From: a bacterium UBP6_UBA1177
GTDB lineage: Bacteria > UBP6 > UBA1177
Length of the DNA: 64,000 nucleotides
Direction: 5' to 3'
Assembly (NCBI GenBank): GCA_002310995.1
Contig: DBYV01000012.1
Span: 2,000-65,999, forward strand
Shown: one piece after another, positions 25,961-32,891 of the stretch
Layout: every line of letters begins with the position of its first letter
How positions within the stretch are numbered: position 1 is the stretch's first letter
Program-made: the position numbers and the translations under genes
The notes under the pieces: generated by a model
Told to the model about the DNA's origin: nothing
What the model saw: only the letters and a program-made list of their open reading frames with translations
The model's database searches: none

Positions 25961-26998
25961 TTAAAGGAATTTTTTGAAAAGTGCAAGAATACCCTGCGCC
26001 CATGCGATTCTGTGGGTTGTTCCCGTTCCTTTCGCAATCGAATCCTTGTTGTCAATATACCACTGGTAGCTTCTGATAAGAGCCTGGGATTCATCGTATT
26101 TCGGTTCCCAGCCGAGAACTTTACGAGCCTTGTCAACGGAAACGAAACTGTCGGTGTGCGCCGTTCCATAAACCCACTTGTAAAGCGGTGAAAGGTGAAG
26201 TTTTTCAAAAATCGTAAGTGTCGGAATTACAAGCCAGACCGGGGTATGCATAACTCTCGAACCGCTTTTCGCATATTCGCAGAGAGCTCCGACATACTCG
26301 TTTTCTGTGAGCGTGCTTACCGCACCGATGTTGAATATATCGTTGGCATCCTCACCTTCGTGGGAAAGCGCAAGATAAACAGCGTCGCAGAGGTCATCAA
26401 CTTCAAGAAGCTGGTATCTGTTCTTTCCGTTTCCGATGAGCGGAATCTTGTGCCCCTCCTCGACCCAGTTATAAAGGATCTGGAAAACGCCGAGGCGGTA
26501 AGTTCCGATGAAGGTTTTTGGTCTGATCGTCGAAATGTAGAGCCCTTTTTCGCGGAATTCGTTGCAGATCCCCTCAAGTGCGACCTTGCTTTCGCCATAG
26601 TTGCCGACACCTTCGAGCTTATCGGTTTCGAAAAGCGGATGGTGGTCAGGAACACCGTAAACTGCGGTTGACGAAATAACTGCGACCCTTTTGACTTTGT
26701 GTTTGTAGCAGAACGAAAGGACGTTTCTGCTACCGTCAACATTTGTCGAAAAAATCTCTTCTCTCGTTGCAAGAGGAAGCGCCGCAGCTGCATGGATAAC
26801 CCAGTCTGTCTGCGAAATAAGCTCATCCATCTTCTTTTCGTCACGGACATCACCGTTCACCATTTTTACTGATTTGTCGTAATCCTCGGCATGGTATTCA
26901 GCAATATCAAGCAAAGTTACTTCACAGCCCATTTCGACACATTTTTTTGTCATGTGAAGCGCAAAAAAACCTGCGCCGCCAGTTATAAGAACTCTCAT
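25961..26998 (-). CDS. NAD-dependent epimerase/dehydratase family (extended SDR)
   Basis: MRVLITGGAGFFALH Rossmann motif and YGESK catalytic motif. True ATG at 26998, 5 nt after GGAGG; the track start at 27010 is a TTG inside the RBS. Confidence 0.8.
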   Translation of the reverse strand: MRVLITGGAGFFALHMTKKCVEMGCEVTLLDIAEYHAEDYDKSVKMVNGDVRDEKKMDELISQTDWVIHAAAALPLATREEIFSTNVDGSRNVLSFCYKHKVKRVAVISSTAVYGVPDHHPLFETDKLEGVGNYGESKVALEGICNEFREKGLYISTIRPKTFIGTYRLGVFQILYNWVEEGHKIPLIGNGKNRYQLLEVDDLCDAVYLALSHEGEDANDIFNIGAVSTLTENEYVGALCEYAKSGSRVMHTPVWLVIPTLTIFEKLHLSPLYKWVYGTAHTDSFVSVDKARKVLGWEPKYDESQALIRSYQWYIDNKDSIAKGTGTTHRIAWAQGILALFKKFL

Positions 26999-27010
26999 TT
27001 TTTCCTCCAA

Positions 27011-28045
27011 TTATTGAAATTCTTTAGGATAAAGTGCAGCTTGTTCCGGGAAAAGCGCGGCACTGTTTTCTTTTACCGCTTTGCAATCCCACGAATAATC
27101 TATTCTCTTAAAAATAAAAACGCTTTCGCTCGGATCGGCTCCGACAGGAGAAGTAGGAGCACCGTTTTCAAGCAGAAAAGTATCTGTCCAAAGAACGCTC
27201 TGGGCTTCGAACCATGTCGTAATACCGTAAACTTCACCGTTCTCGTCAAGCTCGCCGTTCAGAATCGTACTTACTTTCTGCACGATTTCGGCTCTGCCGT
27301 TCGCTTTTCCGACCATTCCCATATAAAGTCCGTTCATTCCTGAATTGTCGGCATCAAAAACCCTATGATCATTAATTTCTGTCGGAAGATCTTCGTTTTC
27401 GGGGTCTTCCAGTGTACATGAGCGCACTTCCCACAACTTATCCTGACGGAATCTGACTTCACCGTTTTCACCGTACGAAAGATAAAATGTTTTATCCACA
27501 TTTCCGAGGCTTTCAGCATAGCTGTCCGGCAAATACGGATAAACCAGATCTGTTGCCGTTCCGGCTTTCAGGCGGCACATTTCCGTGTGCGCTTTCAAAG
27601 TACCTTCTTCCTGCGAATATATGTCAACTTTTGAAACCATTACCGCCCAGGCAGGAAGAGTGGAACCCAAAAGAGGAACCTTTGCCGAACCTTTAAAAAT
27701 TGTAAGATTAGCCCAAGTTCCCGTCATATCGGGAAAATCATGATCGAAATTTTCCGTTTCCGAATAATCAGCGTCATAAACGACGTCGTCATCGCTCAAA
27801 GATTCTTTATCTTCGTATTCAACATCGTTTTTTTCGTCAACAACGGCGTCATTTCCGGTATTTGCCGCATCAAAACCGGCAATATCGTCATCGTTTTCGC
27901 CATGATCTTCGTCGATATCCTCGACTCCTTCCCTTTCTTCCGGATCCTGATGTGAATTTTTCAGATTGCACGATCCGATAATACATAGAAAAAGCAAATA
28001 GCAGTAAAGAAAGTAGTGATTTCTGAATCTGCGAACAACTTCCAA
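27011..28045 (-). CDS. hypothetical lipoprotein with acidic tether
   Basis: Lipobox CIIGS|C followed by about 80 aa rich in D/E. No recognisable domain. The probable start is the TTG at 28045, downstream of a GGAG inside the track start at 28057. Confidence 0.6.
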   Translation of the reverse strand: MEVVRRFRNHYFLYCYLLFLCIIGSCNLKNSHQDPEEREGVEDIDEDHGENDDDIAGFDAANTGNDAVVDEKNDVEYEDKESLSDDDVVYDADYSETENFDHDFPDMTGTWANLTIFKGSAKVPLLGSTLPAWAVMVSKVDIYSQEEGTLKAHTEMCRLKAGTATDLVYPYLPDSYAESLGNVDKTFYLSYGENGEVRFRQDKLWEVRSCTLEDPENEDLPTEINDHRVFDADNSGMNGLYMGMVGKANGRAEIVQKVSTILNGELDENGEVYGITTWFEAQSVLWTDTFLLENGAPTSPVGADPSESVFIFKRIDYSWDCKAVKENSAALFPEQAALYPKEFQ

Positions 28046-28070
28046 AACAATCTCCAATCAAATCAATATA

Positions 28071-28865
28071 TTACTTATTCATAAAAAACTTTTTCAAATC
28101 GTTTTTTTTCAAATCGGGATAAACCCGGGAAACAATTTCACAGGCAGTTTTAGCCGAAATTCCCGATTTTGCAACCAAATTGAGCAATTCTTCATCAACT
28201 TCTGCAACTTTTTCCTCTTTTTTCAAAGGTTCCGCAACAACCGTGAACTCCCCTTTCTCCTTAATTTCGCCGCCTGTGTAGACAAAAATTTCCTCAAACT
28301 GCTTCGTAAGTTCGCGTGCAACTACAATTCTTTCACACTTTTCTTTAATCATTTCAAGCAGATCTTTTATTCTTGTCGGTGCCTCGTAAAAAACGACAGG
28401 AAGCCCGAAAGAAAGGAATTTTTCACATTCCGCAACTCTTTCCGCCCCTTTTGACGGGAGAAAACCGGCAAAAACAAATGAATTTTCCAGAGAGCCGCAG
28501 CATGAAAACGCAGAAATCGCGGCACTTGCACCAGGAACCGGCACGACAGGAATGTTTTCGTCAAGAGCGGCCCTCACCAGGAATTTTCCCGGATCACTGA
28601 CCGCAGGAGTTCCGGCATCGCTCACAAGAACGATGTTTTTCCCGCTTTTAAGCTCTTCAATATGCTGTTCCAAAAACTTTTTTTCGGTAAATTTGTGGTA
28701 TGAAAAAATCGGCTTTTTTATTCCGAGTCTGCTCAGCATGTTCCCCGAAACGCGGCTGTCCTCGGCAAGAACGATATCGCAGCTTTCAAGCACCTGAACT
28801 GCTCTGTTTGAGATATCGCCCATGTTTCCGATCGGTGTCGCCGTTACAAAAAGAGTTCCCGCCAT
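28071..28865 (-). CDS. rsmI: 16S rRNA (cytidine1402-2'-O)-methyltransferase
   Basis: LFVTATPIGNMGDIS, AEDSRVSG, VSDAGTPAVSDPG and FAGFLPSK motifs. Start at MAGTLF (28865). Confidence 0.88.
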   Translation of the reverse strand: MAGTLFVTATPIGNMGDISNRAVQVLESCDIVLAEDSRVSGNMLSRLGIKKPIFSYHKFTEKKFLEQHIEELKSGKNIVLVSDAGTPAVSDPGKFLVRAALDENIPVVPVPGASAAISAFSCCGSLENSFVFAGFLPSKGAERVAECEKFLSFGLPVVFYEAPTRIKDLLEMIKEKCERIVVARELTKQFEEIFVYTGGEIKEKGEFTVVAEPLKKEEKVAEVDEELLNLVAKSGISAKTACEIVSRVYPDLKKNDLKKFFMNK

Positions 28866-28866
28866 G

Positions 28867-29247
28867 CTAATACCCCGTTGTGTCGAAAGCGCCTTCAATG
28901 TAGTCGATATCAAAGCCGCCCTCGCTGTTTTTAATAAGTCCTGCCACATCGAAACGGATGTTGAAATCCTGAATATGTATTTTTTTGCTCTGCATATAAT
29001 AAAGAGCTGTTTTTATTATGTGTTTTATCTTTGCAGGGTGTATCGTTTCAAGCGGAGTGCCTCCGTCCCAGAACGCGTGATCCCAGCTTCTCACCTCGAC
29101 AAAAGCGAGAATATCACCTTTTTTAGCTATGATATCGAGTTCGCCGCCTTTTATGCAGAAGTTTCTGTCAAGAATTTCCCAGCCTTTTTTCGCAAGCCAA
29201 TCAGCCGCGAACGATTCGGCCTCAGACCCTGTTTCACGAGTGTTCAT
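28867..29247 (-). CDS. yraN: YraN family (UPF0102) endonuclease-like protein
   Basis: GSEAESFAADWLAKKGWEILDRNF...GELDIIAKKGDILAFVEVRS matches the family pattern. Confidence 0.8.
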   Translation of the reverse strand: MNTRETGSEAESFAADWLAKKGWEILDRNFCIKGGELDIIAKKGDILAFVEVRSWDHAFWDGGTPLETIHPAKIKHIIKTALYYMQSKKIHIQDFNIRFDVAGLIKNSEGGFDIDYIEGAFDTTGY

Positions 29248-29699
29248 CTATATTTTTCAGTAAATCTTTCGTTATCTTTCTTAATATCTTTTTCTTTGAG
29301 ATCGTCCTTTCTGTCAAACGAGGTTTTGCCACGGGCAAGACCGATCTCCATTTTCGCTCTGCCGTTTTTGAAATAAATCTCTATCGGCACGACCGTAAAG
29401 CCTTTTTCGCGCACTTTTGCGTCCCATTTTCTGATCTCCCTTTTGTTGAGAAGCAGTTTTCTGCGCCTGTCGGCCTCGTGATTCCAGATGTTTCCGGCAG
29501 TGTAAGGCGCGATGTAAAAACCGATGAGCCACATTTCGCCGTTTATGATGTCGATGAAACTGTCACGGAACGAGATGTTGCCGTCGCGGATAGATTTTAT
29601 CTCGGTACCCTGCAGAACTATTCCAGCTTCCAGTTTATCAAGGATTTCGTAGGCCCGAAAAGCCTTTTTATTTTTTGCAACCGACTTTATTCTGTCCAT
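29244..29699 (-). CDS. smpB: SsrA-binding protein
   Basis: NKKAFRAYEILDKLEAGIVLQGTEIKSIR and RRRKLLLNKREI motifs; 151 aa. Confidence 0.92.
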   Translation of the reverse strand: MDRIKSVAKNKKAFRAYEILDKLEAGIVLQGTEIKSIRDGNISFRDSFIDIINGEMWLIGFYIAPYTAGNIWNHEADRRRKLLLNKREIRKWDAKVREKGFTVVPIEIYFKNGRAKMEIGLARGKTSFDRKDDLKEKDIKKDNERFTEKYR

Positions 29700-29727
29700 T
29701 CCGGCACCAAAAAATCAAAAACGCAGA

Positions 29728-29755
29728 ATTATAACGATTTTTCGCGCCGCGGCAA
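29728..29755 (-). promoter_or_regulatory. sigma70-type promoter TTGCCG-16-TATAAT for the smpB operon
   Basis: Minus strand: -35 at 29750-29755 and -10 at 29728-29733. Confidence 0.5.
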
Positions 29756-29782
29756 TTTTCTCAGCGACGGAATTCGTTCTTG

Positions 29783-29828
29783 TCGATCAAGTTCGACGCC
29801 GCCAATCGATCAAGTTCGACACCGCCAA
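29783..29828. repeat. tandem 23-bp direct repeat x2 (TCGATCAAGTTCGACRCCGCCAA)
   Basis: The copies at 29783-29805 and 29806-29828 differ at one base. They share the TTCGAC/GCCGCC/AAT/TCGAT words with the 7691-7792 element. Confidence 0.85.
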
Positions 29829-29829
29829 T

Positions 29830-29888
29830 GTCGCGCCTTCGATGTCACGACGTTACGGCGTCACGGCGTTACGATGACATGGCGCGAC
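29830..29888 (-). other. long bulged hairpin starting at the stop codon of the HD gene
   Basis: GTCGCGCC(ttcg)ATGTCA ... TGACATGGCGCGAC gives 14 paired bases. The 27-nt loop contains ACGGCGT x2 and CGTTAC x2. No U-tract. Confidence 0.4.
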
Positions 29889-30454
29889 TAAAGAATCAAC
29901 TGCCCCTTTTCCTTCATTACTGCCGGATTGAAGGTCGCGAAATCGGCCTGATGGATGAAAACTCCTTCGATCCTCTGAGGTCTCCCCTCGCCTTCCTTCG
30001 CGTGGCAGATGATGATGTTCTGGATTTCAAGCGGAAGGTCGTGTTTCGCGGCTGCGATCGCTCCGCTTATCGGGTGACGCGCACACTTTCCGGCATAGCT
30101 TTTCCTGTATGCGCCGTCAACTTTTTCGATTTCCATAAGTTTGCCGACATCATGCAGTAAACCGCCAGCGATGACCCAGTCCAGATTGATTTCAAACGGC
30201 ACTTTTTTGTAGGTCGAAATCATCGCTTTCGCAATACCCAGAGCCCCTTTCGTGACCGCGACAGTGTGTTCGATCAGATTTACGCCGTCTGTCGGCGTGA
30301 GAAGCGTGAACGGGATCTCGCAAAGCTCGTCAAAATTCTTCCAGCCGCCCTCTTTAGCGCAGTCTGCCCACACTTCGACAATTTTTTCGGCCATAGCCTT
30401 GTCCTTCATTTCGGCAAGAAGCTCGCCGAAAGCCTTTTTAAGTTCGTTTTTCAT
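29888..30454 (-). CDS. HD-domain metal-dependent phosphohydrolase
   Basis: H...HD...H...D pattern: IEHTVAV, GGLLHDVGK, ARHPISG, ICHAKEG and IHQADF. ATG at 30454, 5 nt after GGAGG. Confidence 0.75.
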   Translation of the reverse strand: MKNELKKAFGELLAEMKDKAMAEKIVEVWADCAKEGGWKNFDELCEIPFTLLTPTDGVNLIEHTVAVTKGALGIAKAMISTYKKVPFEINLDWVIAGGLLHDVGKLMEIEKVDGAYRKSYAGKCARHPISGAIAAAKHDLPLEIQNIIICHAKEGEGRPQRIEGVFIHQADFATFNPAVMKEKGQLIL

Positions 30455-30469
30455 GTTTTCCTCCAACTA

Positions 30470-30787
30470 CTATGCATAGGCATACATTTTGATTGTTTCA
30501 AATTCAGAAGCATGAATTTTTTCTTCCTCTTCAAGATCATAGAGATTCTGGAGATTCAGCCAAAATTCCGCCGTAGTTCCGAAAAATTTCGAAAAGCGGA
30601 TCGCCGTGTCGGCAGTAATCGAACGCTTTCCGTGGATTATTTCGGAAATGCGTGTCTGAGGAATGTTGATGTCCTTCGCCAGACGGTATGCCGAAATGTT
30701 CAGCGGAACAAGAAATTCTTCTTTAAGGACTTCACCCGGATGAATGTTGTGCAGCTTTTCATCTGTGATAATCTGTGATTTTGACAT
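30470..30787 (-). CDS. higA: HigA-family antitoxin-like XRE HTH protein
   Basis: IHPGEVLKEEFL...NISAYRLAKDINIPQTRISEIIHGKRSITADTAIRFSKFFGTTAEFWLNLQ is the classic HigA/VapI pattern. Start at MSKSQII (30787). Confidence 0.8.
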   Translation of the reverse strand: MSKSQIITDEKLHNIHPGEVLKEEFLVPLNISAYRLAKDINIPQTRISEIIHGKRSITADTAIRFSKFFGTTAEFWLNLQNLYDLEEEEKIHASEFETIKMYAYA

Positions 30788-30860
30788 TGTCCGCACCTCA
30801 GTTTTTAAACACATTTTTACTAATTCGAAGCGGAAGCATTGTCAAGGGATTTTTTAGAAT

Positions 30861-32810
30861 TTATAACGAAATTTCCGAAAGCAGAGCCGATATCTGGTTT
30901 GCGAATTTTACCGGATTTTTCGGTGTGATCCCTTCGATGAGAAGTGCCTGGTCGTAGAGAACTTCCGCCATATCCTTGAGTTTCGGAGATTCAGGATCTG
31001 CGTTGTAGATCTCGGTAAGTTTCTCGAAAATCTTGTGGTCAGGGTTGATCTCAAGGATCCTCTGCGCTTTCGGAGAAGGCATGCTCGACATTGTCGCTTC
31101 CGAAAGGACCTGCTCCATGTTGAGGCTGAGTCCCGCGCCGCTGACTAAGCAGACCGCGCTGTTTTTGAGCCTTGACGAAAGGCGGACTTCGCTGACTTCG
31201 CTTCCCAGATATTTTTTGATGGTTTCAAGCAGAGATTTGCTCTCTTCTTCTTTTTCTTTCCGTTTTTCCTCTTTCGCCTTTTTCTCTTCGTCGGTATCTA
31301 AGTTCAGATCTTCCGCAGCGATGTTTTTGAGCGGTTTTTCCTGATAGCTTACAAGCATGGTAGAGGCAAATTCATCGATTTTATCGGTGAAATAAAGCAC
31401 TTCGTAGCCTTTTTCAGCAACTGCTTCCATCTGCGGTATCCCGGCGATGGATTCTTTGTCCTTTCCTGCCGCGTAGTATATTTCCTTCTGCCCTTCCGGC
31501 ATCCTCTTGACGTATTCGCCGAGAGTCGTCATTCCGTCACATTTCGACGATTCGAAAAGAAGGAGATCCTGCAGTTTTTCCTTGTGGGCACCGAAATCGG
31601 AGTAAACGCCCGCTTTCATCGCTCTGCCGAACTCCTTCCAGAATTTCATGTATTTCTCGCGGTCGTTTTCAAGCATGTATTTGAGGGAGGCAAGTATCTT
31701 TTTCTCAATGTTTTTCGAGATTATTTTGAGCTGGCTGCTGTGCTGGAGGATCTCACGCGAAATGTTGAGCGAAAAATCGGGGCTGTCAACGACACCTTTG
31801 ACAAAACCGAGATATTCGGGGATCAGATCCTTGCATTTTTCCATGATGAAAATCTGCTTGCAATAGAGTGCCAGACCTCTTTCAAACTGCGAGGAATAGA
31901 AGTTGAACGGCGTTTCGGACGGGATGAAAAGGAGCGCGGTGTATTCAACCTGACCTTCACCTTTCGCCTGAATGACATCCAGCGGCTCGTCGTATGAATG
32001 GAACGTGTGGCGGTAGAATTCCTTGTATTCGTCCTCTTTGACATCCGATTTTTCCCTTTTCCAGAGCGGTTTCATCGAGTTCAGAGTCTTGTCTTCAAGC
32101 ACTGTTTCCTTCTCTTTCGTGACGTTTCCGTCGGCGTCTTTTTCTTCAGGGACTTCGTTTTCGATCATCATTTTTATCGGGTAGCGGATGAAATCGCTGT
32201 ATTTCGAAACAAGTTCCTCAAGCTCGTATCTGTCGAGAAGCATCATCTCCTTGACCGCGTCATCCTTGAGGTAAAGGGTGATCTCGGTCCCGCATTTGTC
32301 GATTTCAGTCTTATCGATCGTATAGACTCCGTCGCCTTTCGATTCCCAGACAACGCCTTCCGAAGCAGGAGCGCCAGCAGCTCTCGTTTTGATCCTGACT
32401 CTGTCTGCGACCATGAAAGCGCTGTAGAAACCGACACCGAACTGACCGATGAATTCTGCCGCATTCTTTTCGCCTTCACCCTTTTCGGCAGCCATTTTTT
32501 CGAAAAATTCCTTCGAGCCGCTCTTCGCGATCGTTCCGATATTATCTATGACCTCGTCATAGTTCATACCGATTCCGTTATCGGAAACAGTCAGTGTTTT
32601 CAGCTCTTTATCGGGAGTTATCCTGATTTCGGGTTCCCCGCATTCCTTCAAGAGATCAGGTTCGGTCAACGATTTGAATTTAAGTTTGTCTATCGCGTCG
32701 CTCGCGTTCGAAATAAGTTCTCTAAGAAAAATCTCGCGGTTCGTGTAAATCGAATTGATCATAAGGTCAAGCAGTTTTTTGGTCTCGGCCTTGAAACTTT
32801 TTTCAGCCAT
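30861..32810 (-). CDS. htpG: molecular chaperone HtpG (Hsp90)
   Basis: LLDLMINSIYTNREIFLRELISNASDA and IGQFGVGFYSAF motifs. Start at MAEKSF, after GGAGGAG. Confidence 0.93.
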   Translation of the reverse strand: MAEKSFKAETKKLLDLMINSIYTNREIFLRELISNASDAIDKLKFKSLTEPDLLKECGEPEIRITPDKELKTLTVSDNGIGMNYDEVIDNIGTIAKSGSKEFFEKMAAEKGEGEKNAAEFIGQFGVGFYSAFMVADRVRIKTRAAGAPASEGVVWESKGDGVYTIDKTEIDKCGTEITLYLKDDAVKEMMLLDRYELEELVSKYSDFIRYPIKMMIENEVPEEKDADGNVTKEKETVLEDKTLNSMKPLWKREKSDVKEDEYKEFYRHTFHSYDEPLDVIQAKGEGQVEYTALLFIPSETPFNFYSSQFERGLALYCKQIFIMEKCKDLIPEYLGFVKGVVDSPDFSLNISREILQHSSQLKIISKNIEKKILASLKYMLENDREKYMKFWKEFGRAMKAGVYSDFGAHKEKLQDLLLFESSKCDGMTTLGEYVKRMPEGQKEIYYAAGKDKESIAGIPQMEAVAEKGYEVLYFTDKIDEFASTMLVSYQEKPLKNIAAEDLNLDTDEEKKAKEEKRKEKEEESKSLLETIKKYLGSEVSEVRLSSRLKNSAVCLVSGAGLSLNMEQVLSEATMSSMPSPKAQRILEINPDHKIFEKLTEIYNADPESPKLKDMAEVLYDQALLIEGITPKNPVKFANQISALLSEISL

Positions 32811-32851
32811 TTTCTCCTCCGAAAAAACAATAATAAAAAAAACCGCGTGGA

Positions 32852-32880
32852 TATATAGGAACGGATTGACTAAAGTCAAT
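32852..32880 (-). promoter_or_regulatory. htpG promoter TTGACT-16-TATATA, with the palindrome ATTGACT-AA-AGTCAAT overlapping the -35
   Basis: -35 at 32874-32879 and -10 at 32852-32857 (minus strand). The perfect 7-bp inverted repeat lies at 32865-32880. Confidence 0.45.
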
Positions 32881-32891
32881 ACACAGAAAAT

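Noticed and set aside
27008-27013. Apparent abutting stop/start (translational coupling) between 27011..28057 and 25961..27010
   Set aside because: The downstream gene more likely starts at ATG 26998, after the GGAGG that lies within the supposed first codons. The genes are therefore separated by 12 nt, not fused end to end.
29700-29887. tmRNA (ssrA) next to smpB
   Set aside because: The spacer is only 188 nt. It has no tRNA-like GGGG...acceptor/CCA end and no tag-peptide reading frame. tmRNA must be elsewhere.
30788-30860. HigB/RelE-type toxin upstream of the HigA-like gene
   Set aside because: Only 73 nt lie between the higA-like start and the htpG stop, and no ORF fits on either strand.
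31998-32858. 286-aa plus-strand ORF antisense to htpG. Similar antisense ORFs occur at 2475..3314, 1417..2157, 6110..6766, 14583..15185, 15406..15948, 36599..37264 and 59516..60184.
   Set aside because: Each lies entirely within a confidently identified gene on the other strand or in another frame. All have compositionally odd translations and lack RBS and motifs.
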